From NCBI GenBank assembly GCA_964016885.1, contig OZ024748.1, forward strand, positions 15,872,001 to 15,936,000: a stretch of DNA of 64,000 bases, read 5' to 3'. This DNA is from Eledone cirrhosa (lineage: Eukaryota). The notes under the pieces are model-generated. The model saw only the letters and a program-made list of their open reading frames with translations, did not search any database and was not told where the DNA came from. Every line of letters begins with the position of its first letter. The stretch's first letter is position 1. Positions 28,951 to 40,908 of the stretch are shown piece by piece. Made by a program: the position numbers and the translations under genes.

Positions 28951-29039
28951 TGAATGAGAGAGAGAGAGAGATGAATGAGAGAGAGAGAGAGAGAGAGAGA
29001 GATGAATGAGAGAGCGAGAGAGAGAGAGAGAGAGAGATG

Positions 29040-29087
<48 letters not shown>

Positions 29088-29355
29088 ATGATGGAGAGAG
29101 AGAGAGAGAGATGAATGATGGAGAGAGAGAGAGAGAGAGATGAATGATGGAGAGAGAGAGAGATGAATGAGAGAGAGAGAAAGAGAGAGATATATGATAG
29201 AGGAAGAGAGAGAGGGGGAGAGATGATAGAGGAAGAGAGAGATGGGGAGAGATGATAGAGGAAGAGAAAGAGAGAGATGATAGAGAGAGAGAGATGATAT
29301 ATAGAGAGAGAGAGATGAGAGAGAGATATATATATATGATATAGAGAGAGAGCGG
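28910..29355. repeat. (GA)n microsatellite with GATGAAT interruptions
   Basis: Directly visible. Confidence 0.95.
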
Positions 29356-30415
29356 GGAGATGATCGAGGAAGAAAGAGGTAGAGAGAAAGCTATAATTTT
29401 CTAGACACATCAAGTGGAGTTCTTTGTTCCTCTCAATTCCATTATTATTGAAAACTAATTTACTAGAAACTAGAGCAGGTTATAAAATTGGTGTGTAGAA
29501 CATGTTTCCATTTTGTTTGTCTCCTTTAGCTAAATGAGAGCAGTTTAAGCTCTAAAACCTACTGGAACAGATGAGAGAAAGCTATGAAACTAGTATTGTC
29601 AAATCTACTGCATCAATTCCATTAACCTAAGCATACTAAAATAGGATATAACTATGATATAAACTATATATTGTAATACTACGCCATGTATATATCTTCG
29701 TTGTACCACTCTACTAAATAAATTTTTACTATTCCTCAGTTTCAGAACTTCTAATCTGTAAGAAGAAGAACATCATTGCTGATTCCTATTCCTTTTATAG
29801 TAATCTGTATCATAAACATAAATTCTAAAAGTCTGCAGAATATCAGGCAGAGAAAGAAGCTTTCTTACATCTATAATCCAAATATCTTCCTTTCATATAT
29901 CATCATTTTTATATATCACCGTCATCGCTTTTATATCATCAACCTCACTTGTATAACATTGATGGTTTATCATCACCATCCTCCCTTGCATATCATCATC
30001 ACCATCATTGCTGGTATATCATCTCTTGTATATCATCATCATCGCTTGTATATCATCATCATCATCATGACTTGCATATCATCATCATCCCCCCTCCATC
30101 CCCACCTCTACAGTCACCATCATCGTGACCACCTCCATCATTGTCATCATCATCATCATCTTCACGCCCCACTGACACCATCATCGCCACCACCTCCATA
30201 ATCATCCTTATTACTGTATTTCTGATTTTCCATGTTGGTATGGATTGGACAACAGCATTTGTGGTGGGACAGTCATCATAAAAGCACCCTAATTTTGACA
30301 ACAAAAATTTGAAAAAAATAAATCTTCAGCCTTCAGGACGCATGGTAGATTTTTGAGACTTATTTTAGGAAAAAAGTAGCATCTTTGATACCAGGAAATA
30401 CGGAGTATATATATA

Positions 30416-30803
30416 TAATTGTTTCTACTTTAGGCACAAGGCCAGCAATTACCCAGTGAATTACTGGTACTTTATTTTATCAACCCCGTAAGGATGAAAG
30501 GCAAAGTCAACCTCGGCGGGATTTGAAATCAGATCATAAAGGGACATAACTATGCTGGAAAGCATGGCATCCGACCCTCTACCAATACTGCCAATCCACC
30601 GGCATTGTATATATAATTGTTTCTACTTTAGGCACAAGGCCAGCAATTACCCAGTGCATTACTGGTACTTTATTTTATCGACCCCGTAAGGATGAAAGGC
30701 AAAGTCAACCTCGGCGGGATTTGAACTAAGATCGTAAAGGGACGTAACTATGCTGGAAAGCATGGCGTCCGACCCGCTACCGATACTGCCAATCCACCGC
30801 CCT
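30416..30803 (-). mobile_element. Two tandem full-length family A SINEs
   Basis: Near-identical copies at 30416-30600 and 30617-30803. Confidence 0.9.
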
Positions 30804-31206
30804 TCCCATCATTAGATACACACAAACATACCATTGTATATATAATGTATGTTTGTGTGTATCTAATGATGGGCTTCAGCATAATTTCTGTCTACCAAAT
30901 TGTATAATCTTATAAAAGGGGTGAGTGTCCGAAGGCTAGAAATATGGTCGTCTAACGCAGATGATTTAGGGTTTAGGAGGACTCTTCAGTCTGGATGAGA
31001 TGTGACAACCTATCTAGTGCTGGTGCCAAGATAAAATACACTCAATAGCAGCATTGCCCTGAAGATAAACACAACTGACACATTGTTAGGAAAACTGGCA
31101 TTAGCAAGAGCACTAGCAGCCTTAAAAACCATGCTAAATATAGAACACAGGAACAAAATAGGGTTGCCCTGTCCCCTGTGATATCAGTCAGTCTGCGACA
31201 ACACAC

Positions 31207-31606
31207 TTAAATCTTTAGCATTTTAACCGGCTGTATCCGGCCAGAATTCTCTCACCTCTTTCTGTACAAACTGACTGTAACTCACCACTCATACTGATGT
31301 TAAGGTATATACATATACATACATATACATATGTATATACATATACGTACATATACATATACATATGTATATACATACATATACATATGTATATACATAT
31401 ACATACATATACATACATATACATACATACATATGTATATACATACATACATATGTATATACATATACATACATATACATATGTATATACATATACATAC
31501 ATATACATACATACATATGTATATACATACATACATATGTATATACATATACATATGTATATACATATACATACATATGTATATACATATACATATGTAT
31601 ATACAT

Positions 31607-31639
<33 letters not shown>

Positions 31640-31640
31640 C

Positions 31641-31675
<35 letters not shown>

Positions 31676-31736
31676 CATATATATATACATATGTATATAC
31701 ATATACATACATATGTATATACATATACATACATAC

Positions 31737-31771
<35 letters not shown>

Positions 31772-31954
31772 CATACATATACATATATATATACATATAT
31801 ATATACATACATATACATATGTATATATATTTTGATATTTATTTTGAGAACAATAACTTAATATCAGTATGAACGGCCGGTTACAGCCAGTTTGAGCAGA
31901 TAGAGGTGGGAAAATTATGGCTGGATACAGCTGGTTTAAATGCTAAAGATTTAA
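31207..31954. mobile_element. Foldback derivative of MITE family M: two inverted left halves around a ~520-bp (TA/TACA)n tract
   Basis: TTAAATCTTTAGCA...TGCTAAAGATTTAA; ~100-bp arms, both homologous to the 5' half of 37139-37360. Confidence 0.75.
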
Positions 31955-33003
31955 GCATTATTTCAAGCACCAGCTTAATAATGAAAAGATTAAGCTATAT
32001 TACTAAATCTCTCTGAACATTTATTTTAAATATTTGAAAACTAAAGTCATTTTTTATTATTGTAATTATGGTAATGAAATGAAAAATAAAAAAAAATGGT
32101 TCTCAAATGCATTTATTTTTTTGGTAGAAATAACTTGTAAACAAGTTTTGAAAATTGAAAAAAAAATTCTTTAATAAAACTATTGTATTGGTTTGGCTTT
32201 GTACAGAACATTTTTGAGAAAGAAATGAAAACAATTTATCAGATGACAGCTAATAGACAATGTTAGAATTAGTCAATTATCATAGAATAAAACAGAATTA
32301 GAAAAGAAAATGAAGTTGTTATAGAAAATAAACTAATATTTTTATTCTGACAATTCATTTTAGAAAACGGCAATGGTTGCTAAAAACTTATCTTGAATAG
32401 CAATGAATTTTTCTCATTCATTTACATATCTTGGAAAACCATTGTTTAATATTCATTAAGTTTTTTGTTTTTTTATTCTATTTGTTTTCTTTTGGAACTA
32501 TCAGCATTTTTTTTCTTTTTCTAATAAAATCAGCTTAATGACAATTCTATATCCTACTTAATATGACTTTAATATCAGTTATATATTGCTTTCATTTGTT
32601 TTGTTCTATTTTTGTAATTAGTTTTCCGGAATTTCTTATTTCTGAATATCAAAGTAATACTATTAATTATGAAATATTACTAATTAATATTTAATTTGAT
32701 AATGGAAAAATTATTATTATTACCACAAATGGAAAGAGTATGTTTAACTGACAGTTGGAACTGAACTATAAAATATATCTATAGATTAATAAATCACCAT
32801 TTAACATTTATTCTGATGGTGATGACGTGCGTGCATACATATATAACCAAAATTAAATTAAGGATCTCATGTCTGAGAAACATGCACCATACCACCTGTA
32901 GAATAGGCTCAGAGATTCTAACAGATAAATCTGAGCATTTATTAGCATTAAATTAAAAATCTGTTGACACACACACACACAATTATATATATATATATAT
33001 ATA

Positions 33004-34230
33004 AAGGCCTTCGACAGAGTCCCCCGCTCCATTATCTGGTGGGCTCTTAGAAAACTAGGCGTTGACGAATGGCTTGTGAGGGCTATACAAGCCATGTATA
33101 AAGAAACAGTCAGCAAGGTTAGAATTAACAACGAATATAGTGAAGAGTTTAGCGTAAAAGTTGGCGTCCATCAGGGCTCTGTTCTCAGCCCCCTACTATT
33201 TATTATTGCCCTTCAGGCTATAACAGAGGAGTTCAAGACAGGCTGCCCATGGGAACTCCTATACGCAGACGACCTGACACTCATAGCGGAATCAATGGCC
33301 GAGCTAGAGAAGAAATTCCAAACATGGAAGCACGGCCTAGAGTCAAAAGGACTTAAAATTAACCTGGCTAAGACCAAAGTTCTAGTTTGTAGGAAAGAAA
33401 ACAAGGCGGCGGTCTCTTCTGGGAAATGGTCGTGCTCGGTGTGTAGGAAAGGCGTAGGTAGAAACTCCATTTTATGTCCTAAATGCAAAGTATGGGTGCA
33501 TAAAAGATGTAGTGGGATCACAGGTAAGCTAACTAAGAACATAGATTTTACATGTGGCCGGTGTTCTGGTGCAATAAGTAGCAGCAAGTGCCCACAAAAT
33601 ACTAGCTCTTTCAATTGCGCAGAGGGTTCTATAGAAATAGTGGACAGCTTCCGTTACCTGGGCGATAAAATCAGCAGTGGGGGAGGGTGCTCTGAAAGTA
33701 CTGTAGCTAGAGTCAGAACTGGTTGGAAAAAGTTCAGAGAGCTTATACCACTATTAGCTGCTAAAGGGTTCTCCCTAAAAATGAAAGGCAGGTTGTACGA
33801 TGCCTGCATACGAACAGCAATGTTGCATGGTAGTGAGACCTGGGCATTGTGTGCAGAGGATATACGCAGACTAGAGAGGAACGAAGCTTGCATGCTCCGC
33901 TGGATGTGTAACAGTAATATACGTGAACGGCAAAGCATAAACGAACTAAGGAAAAAATTAGAGATAAGAGGGATCAGATGTTGTTTACTCGAGAGAAGGC
34001 TACGTTGGTATGGACACGTGATGCGCATGAAAGTCGATAGCTGTATAACAAAGTGCAGGGCAATAAAGATAGACGGTAGCCACGGAATAGGCAGACCTAG
34101 AAAAACCTGGGATGAGCTGATAAACTCCGACCTCACACACTTACACCTCTCCAAGACAATGTCACTGGACCGAGACCTTTGGCGGTACTCAGTAACAGAG
34201 AAGACCCGCCTTGCCAGTAGGCATCTCTAA
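33004..34230 (+). CDS. RTE-clade LINE ORF2 C-terminal part: reverse transcriptase with embedded PHD-type finger; 5'-truncated but uninterrupted
   Basis: KAFDRVP, GVHQGSVLSPLLF, LLYADD, FRYLG, ERRLRWYGHV, GRPRKTW motifs; 408 sense codons without a stop. Confidence 0.93.
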   Translation, partial: KAFDRVPRSIIWWALRKLGVDEWLVRAIQAMYKETVSKVRINNEYSEEFSVKVGVHQGSVLSPLLFIIALQAITEEFKTGCPWELLYADDLTLIAESMAELEKKFQTWKHGLESKGLKINLAKTKVLVCRKENKAAVSSGKWSCSVCRKGVGRNSILCPKCKVWVHKRCSGITGKLTKNIDFTCGRCSGAISSSKCPQNTSSFNCAEGSIEIVDSFRYLGDKISSGGGCSESTVARVRTGWKKFRELIPLLAAKGFSLKMKGRLYDACIRTAMLHGSETWALCAEDIRRLERNEACMLRWMCNSNIRERQSINELRKKLEIRGIRCCLLERRLRWYGHVMRMKVDSCITKCRAIKIDGSHGIGRPRKTWDELINSDLTHLHLSKTMSLDRDLWRYSVTEKTRLASRHL

Positions 34231-34585
34231 CAAAATACACCCCGTCCCGCCACCACCACCACCCCATCCACACCACCCTGTTCTATGTAAAGTTATGTTG
34301 GTGCCGCGCCATCCAGGCCGAAACAAATGAGATCGTGTAGGTGTCACGACAAAAAAACACACAGTCCATGCTGTAATGTGGCCGTGTAGGCAACACGGTA
34401 AAAACCTCCCAGACCCACACTGTAAATGTGGTTGGTGTTAGGAAGGGCATCCAACTGTAGAAAACCTGCCAGACAGTCCTATGCGAGCAAGACAACCACT
34501 CTTGCCTCAAGTGGGAAAACTCCCGTCCAAACCCATGTAAGCGTGGAACATGGACGTTAAACGTTGATGATGATGATGATGATGA
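33004..34585 (+). mobile_element. 5'-truncated RTE LINE inserted in (TA)n, with 3'UTR and (GAT)n tail
   Basis: Begins directly after (TA)n at 33003 and ends in (GAT)n followed by TA repeats. Confidence 0.9.
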
Positions 34586-34699
34586 TATATATAAAGGGCG
34601 GCTGACCGGGCTAGAAGCTGCTAATTGATCGGCCGCCCTCTTGTCTCTGCTTTTCAGCCCCATGGATTTTGTCTATTATATTCCTTTGTTAAATTTCGA

Positions 34700-34757
34700 A
34701 TACCTGATGATGTCACTGGATTCATACTGAACCCGGTTACTGAAATGATCATAGTAT
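34700..34757 (+). ncRNA. Type I hammerhead ribozyme motif in a solo pLTR/retrozyme-like element (~34590-34805)
   Basis: Stem I ATAC/GTAT; CTGATGA 34704-34710; stem II GTCACTGG/CCGGTTAC; GAAA 34742-34745; palindromic stem III ATGATCAT; AUA cleavage triplet; AATAAA immediately after. Confidence 0.75.
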
Positions 34758-34816
34758 AATAAACCTTTTAAGGAATTACACCAGTCCAGCCTCCTATTCT
34801 TTTATAATATATATAA

Positions 34817-34995
34817 TAATTGTTTCTACTTTAGGCACAAGGCCAGCAATTACTCAGTACATTACTGGTACTTTATTTTATTGACCCCGTAAGGATGAAA
34901 GGCAAAGTTAACCTCGGCGGGATTTGAACTCAGACTGTAAAGGGATGTAACTATGCTAGAAAGCATGGCATCCAACCCTCTACCGATACTGCCAA
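34817..34995 (-). mobile_element. Family A SINE
   Basis: Reverse-complement consensus match. Confidence 0.88.
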
Positions 34996-35034
34996 TATAT
35001 AATAATAATAATAATATATATATATATATAATAC

Positions 35035-35272
35035 AAAATAAACATCAAACAATTACAGGGATAATTTGTAAAGAGTGTAAACACAGTTACATAGGTAACA
35101 TTAAAATTAAACGAGAACCTCAAATATAGATACCTTACAATAATCATTATTGTATTAAACATTATTGTAAGGGATCTATATTTGTGGTTCCGTTAAATTT
35201 TAATATGTTACCTACGTAACTATGTGTGTTTGCACTCTTTACAAATTATCCCCTGTGATTGTTTGATGTGTT

Positions 35273-35278
<6 letters not shown>
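35035..35278. repeat. Long imperfect palindrome (hairpin MITE-like) flanked by (TA)n
   Basis: Arms 35035-35143 and 35161-35278 are reverse complements with small indels. Confidence 0.85.
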
Positions 35279-35340
<62 letters not shown>

Positions 35341-35384
35341 CAATCGATTTTTAATTTAATGCTATATATATATATATGTCATGG

Positions 35385-35645
35385 GGGCAGAGTCCTCAAA
35401 CACTCCTTCCAGCAGGTCCTGTAAGAATCAATTGTCTATAACTGATCTGGCTGGATCCCCAAGCAAGACCAGCCAAGCTCATGGATGTTATCCAACCATC
35501 TTGCTCAGGGTCTACTCCTAGGTCACCTGCCAGTTGGTTTTGCCTGTAAAATCTGTCCTGCAATTCTTTCCTGAGACATTCTACACATGCCCATAGTATC
35601 AGAGCTGTGATCTCTCAATTCAGAGAAGTAGTTGCTCTACCTGGA
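35385..35645 (-). pseudogene. RTE (Expander/Rex3-like) ORF2 C-terminal remnant
   Basis: Pieces IERSQL.YYGH, MSQERIAGQILQAKPTGR, ARWLDNIHELGWSCLGIQP; second copy at 50465-50720. Confidence 0.65.
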
Positions 35646-37138
35646 ATATATATATTGAGCCAAATTGTTAGAGTTGTTGGAATGTTTTACGGTGTTCATT
35701 TCTGTTCTCCGAGTTCAAATCCTGCCAAGATCAGCTTTGCTTTTCATCCATTCTCAGTCAATAAAAGAAATACCAGTCAAGTACTGAGATCGATTCTTCC
35801 TCTGTCTCTTTCTTACTTCCTCTCTCTCACTTTCTATCATTCTCTGGAAGAAATCTGCTGTATTCTGACCTGGAGAAGAGATGGGTTCCGTCAGGTTTTA
35901 AAATACCCTAGCATATGTCAATTTGGCACCCTGATAAATCCCTCAGGAGTTACAGGACCACGCATGCATGCATGCATGCGTGTGTGTATATATATATATA
36001 TACTTACTTACAGTACAATGGTTTTCAAGCAATTTTCCTACTAAAGAAAGGGATAGCTTTGCAAGACCCGTGACAGGTTACATATTCATCATGGAGTCCA
36101 TTTTGGGAGCAATTTTTCATTACCCCGAAGCAAGGCCGAATTAATCAAGGTGCAGAGGGGGCAAATATGCAGGACACCCCTGGTCAAAGAGGGTTCCCCT
36201 AGGAACAGTCCCCCTTATCTCCAAACAGGGCCCCACTCTCTTTAAACAAGGCAGGCCCCTGCTAACTTTTAATAGCAGAGCTAGAAAGAGGCTCTTATTT
36301 TTGTTTGTTATATGAGGGTGCCTCCTACTTTCGAACAAGGTCCTGGCTAACTTTCAATAAAAAGAGACCCTTAAAGTGTTATGTGTGGAGCCCACCAAAC
36401 CTGAATTGCTCCAAGTTACCAAGGACTATATATGGTCCTGGTCCTGCCCAGAAAGACCTCTAATTAATTATAAAGTAAATATATTTTCGATATTTGTGAA
36501 ACCTCTGAACTTTCTTGTGCTTTAAAATTGTATAATGTAAGCATTACCTATTATCAGCAACAGACTAAAAGTTAAAATTGGCAGAAGATAGATAAAATAT
36601 CACTTTATTATCATTCAAAATTTGCATCGATTTTTTTTTTTCTCTCCTGGCATAAACTAATTCACCAAATATTAGAAAGAAATTTTTATATCTTTCTCTT
36701 GGTTTCAACTCAAGAATCAAGACTTAATCTTTAATATATCTCCAATAATTTAATGAGAAACTATACTTTTAGATATCTCTACATCAATCTATTATTTATT
36801 AGGTATTTCGTCATTGTGAAAGAGTTTATACAGTGTATGTCTCAAAAAGGAAAAACCAACTGTTATATTCTAACACACAAATCTCTCAAGGTCAGTTTAA
36901 GGTCATTTTCCTGCTAAAGAAAGGGCTAACTTTGCAAGTCCTATAACAATTGTTATACTCATCATCTGGTCCTTTTTTTTTATGATCTGGTCTTTCCGTA
37001 TAGCATAAGAGGCAACCAAGAAGGTTGTCTCTTATGCTACACAGAAATATGCTGTATCTATTCTAAACAGGAAGAATACAAACACATTTCTTGTGTTGGT
37101 GCCAATATAAAATGCACTCAATACACTTTGTGAAGTGT

Positions 37139-37360
37139 TTAACCCTTTAGCATTTAAACCAGTCATATCCGGTCAGAATTCTCTCACCTCTTTCTGCTCA
37201 AACTAGCTGCAACTGGCAGTTCATACTAATATTAAGGTATTGTTCTCAAAATATATAATCAAATCTCAGATTCAATGTTATTTAAGATAATTATGTGAGG
37301 TAAAGCCTTTACTGTGAAAATATAACACTAAACAGAGTAATGTAATTGCTAAAGAGTAAA
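37139..37360 (+). mobile_element. TTAA-type MITE (family M); its 3' end is tandemly duplicated (39 bp)
   Basis: TTAACCCTTTAGCATTTAAACC start; homology to 21515-21731. Confidence 0.75.
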
Positions 37361-38099
37361 TATAACACTAAACAGAGTAATGTAATTGCTATTCCTGTAG
37401 AAACCATGTGAAAAAGCATTGAGATAACACTTTAGTCATGTCAAGAACATGACAACCATCATTATAAAATATAAAATGTGCTCAGTATCTCAAATACTAA
37501 TGTTTATAAAGAGATTGGCATTAAGAAGAGTATCCAGGCTTAGAAATTCTGAAAACTATGCCAAAATACAAAACACTTTGAAATGTAAATTTGACCTCTG
37601 TGAGATTTGAACTCAGAACAAAGGTTCATCACTAGATAGTATCTTAATATATGCAGTAGTTAAAATTCCAACTAACGGCACAGCTGAGTGATTTTTGAAA
37701 ATAATGAACTCAAATAAACACACACACATGTATGTGTGTGTTTAATTTATCAAATTTCTTCTAACAAGGTTCATCACTAGATACTCTAAGCCCTTTATCA
37801 GCCACTCTGATAATTCTACCAATCAATTCCCCTAAACGTTACTGTTTATGTCTTGTTTTATTTCTATCTAATGTAACAAAGTGACAGAAATATGTTCACA
37901 TCTCCAAACATAGATTCAGATTCTTTGCATTGACAATTAAAGAGAAGAAAATTATGTAATTTCCTTTATGACGGATTCAGTGCTTTAATCAAAGAATGGT
38001 TCTATGGTCGTAGTTAGTAATGATGACATTAGCTCCAAAATGATACCTAATTTCAGATGTGTTCTCTCTCTCTAATCTCTTACATGTATAGACATACAC

Positions 38100-38137
<38 letters not shown>

Positions 38138-38450
38138 CATATATATATATATACATACAGTATATATATATATATATATATACACATACATATATATATA
38201 TACATACAGTATATATATATATATATATATATACACATACATATATATATACATACAGTATATATATATATATATACACACATATATATATACATACACA
38301 CATATATATATACATACACACATACATATATATATACATACAGTATATATATATATATACACACATACATATATACAGTGTATATATAAATATATTTGTA
38401 TATACATATATATTGATATTGATGTGTATGTATATATATATATATATACA
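38100..38450. repeat. Compound (TA)n satellite with CATACAGTA anchors
   Basis: Directly visible. Confidence 0.9.
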
Positions 38451-39210
38451 CTTCTACTATATCTTTTTTGTCATGAATATGTCACTAATTATTCCTGTAA
38501 TTAATTACTTTTTAAGAGAGCCAATAATAGAAATATGTTCAATTGAATACAATATTAATTATGTATGGTTAGTGATTGTCCTCTTGAAAGAAGGAGTGTG
38601 TGCGTGTGTGTGTATGTGTGTGTGTGTATGTGTGCGTGAGTGAGTGAGTGAGTGAGGGTGTGTGTGAGTGAGTGAGTGAGTGAGTGAGTGCGTGTGTGTG
38701 TGGGGGGGGGGGCATAAACGGTAAATGACTTGTCTACGAGAAAATATCTTTGATCAACAACAGGAATGTTAATGAATTTCTAAGAATTCTATTAATGGCA
38801 ACAGGTGTGATGAAACAAAACAAATAAATCGAACAACAAACACACAGCTCTGTTAGAGACATAATAGAACTTCTGTGAAATACACTGAGTGTCTGTATAT
38901 ATATATATATATATATATATTCATCTTTAGAAAAAGTTACTAAGTCAAGGCTTCCTCAATGATTTACCTTCCCATATTGAATGAAAGACGACAAATACAT
39001 ACATATGTGTGGTGTGGTGTGGTGTGGTGTGGTGTGGTGTTGTTTGGTGTGGTGTGGTGTGGTGTGGTGTGGTGTGGTGTGGGGTGTGTGTGTGTGTGTG
39101 TGTATATACATAGACTTGCTGTCGAAATAATGTGAGCTCAGCCGGCAAGCACTAACTTTTCACTATACATACACTACTAAGTATCCAGTACTTAGCGGAA
39201 CATGGTTTTA

Positions 39211-39262
<52 letters not shown>

Positions 39263-39969
39263 CCAGTCTGTGCATTGAGCACTCATATCGATAGCACCAC
39301 CAGTAATTCACCGAATCATATATATAAGATAATGAGAAAGCGAGGGAGATAATTAAGAGATTTTTTTTTAAAAGCCAGTGTTAGATAAATACTTCACAAG
39401 AAGCGAGTAACAAGTATATTTAATAGTAATTCAAGAGTTCTGGTTACTTTGTTCCATTCTAAAAATAAGAAGGTATAGCCTATAGTAAAGTTAGTCTACC
39501 TTTGTAAAGTTAACACAATTACTAATTAGGTGACAGACACTGCAACTTGCTGAAAAAGATGAATAACATTGATTTAATCTATAAGTAACTTGCTATAGTT
39601 AATAGCTATTGATATATTACAGTAATTATCTTCTAATTAACTTATAATTAAAAACACTTTTCCATGGATCAACAGTGATCTATCACCATCACACTATAGC
39701 TGTGCGGTTTAGAAATTTGTTTAGCAACATTGTTATTTCAAGTTGGATCCCACTGCATAGCATAGCAATACCTTGGACTTCTATCATGATATCTTTGTGA
39801 GGGCAAAAAGCCTTATGAGTGAAATGTGGTAGACAGAATCTGATCACCTAGGCTGGATATTATCATCATCATCATCAGTTTTAACATCCACTTTCCCTGC
39901 TAGTAATGGTTGGATGAGTCTATATTGACCAAGTCAGTACTGAAGCAGGGCTACTGATCCCCCATACAG

Positions 39970-40089
39970 TCCAGGGATCTGCATGTCATTTACATATGGG
40001 CCAGGGAATTGTATGTCGTTTACATATGGGCCAGGGATTTGCATCTTGTTTACATATGGGCCAGGGATTTGCACCTCATTTACATATGG
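39970..40089. repeat. 30-bp minisatellite x4
   Basis: CCAGGGA(T/A)TTG(C/T)AT....TTTACATATGGG units. Confidence 0.9.
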
Positions 40090-40409
40090 TCTCATGCTCT
40101 GCCAAGTTCACTGGAGAGGTAGTTATATCTTTGACAACTTGTCTTCTAATATAATAGCTTTGTGTTGACCAAAGTCTTATGATTGTAATGTGATGAACAG
40201 AATCTGATCAGATAGGTTGTCATGGATATGTGTCAATATAATTTCATGTTGACTGAAGCTTTATAAATAAAATGTGGAGGACAGAATCTCGTCAGATAGG
40301 TTTTTCTGGTTCTTGGGAGATAGAATTACTCAATTCCTGTATTCATCTCTTGATTCCAATCCACCCAAACTTACTTGTGATTAAATGGTTTCTACTTATA
40401 TTAAATAAC

Positions 40410-40578
40410 TGTTTCTACTTTTGGCACAAGGCATTACTGGTACTTTATTTTATCGACCCCGTAAGGATGAAAGCAAAGTTAACCTCGGCGGGATTTGAAC
40501 TCAAACCTTAAAGGGCTGTAACTCTTTGCTGCAAAGCAATGCGCCCAACCCTCTACCGATACTGCCAATCCACCGCCC
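40410..40578 (-). mobile_element. Family A SINE with 14-bp TSD
   Basis: TTATATTAAATAAC at 40396-40409 and 40579-40592. Confidence 0.9.
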
Positions 40579-40723
40579 TTATATTAAATAACGTTGGAAG
40601 ATTTTGATTTAAGAACCTTTTAAGTTATCTTACAAATACTATCTTAATAATGAAATAATAGTAACCATAAATCTCTCTAATTCTTTTATTAATCTAAATA
40701 CGGAGTATTTCATTTAAAATAAT

Positions 40724-40908
40724 TGTTTCTACTTTAGGCACAAGGCCAGCAATTACCCAGTGCATTACTGGTACTTTATTTTATCGACCCCGTAAGGATG
40801 AAAGGCAAAGTCAACCTCGGCGGGATTTGAACTCAGATCGTAAAGGGATGTAACTATGCTGGAAAGCATGGCATCCGACCCTCTACCGATACTGCCAATC
40901 CACCGCCC
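40724..40908 (-). mobile_element. Young full-length family A SINE with perfect 18-bp TSD
   Basis: TATTTCATTTAAAATAAT at 40706-40723 and 40909-40926; intact A and B boxes. Confidence 0.93.

Noticed and set aside
29776-30201. His-rich 141-aa ORF
   Set aside because: Degenerate (CAT)n repeat.
39970-40089. CRISPR-like array
   Set aside because: Contiguous 30-bp tandem units without unique spacers; eukaryotic context with no cas genes.
40724-40908. tRNA gene (A/B boxes)
   Set aside because: SINE head with core, tail and TSD; many dispersed copies.
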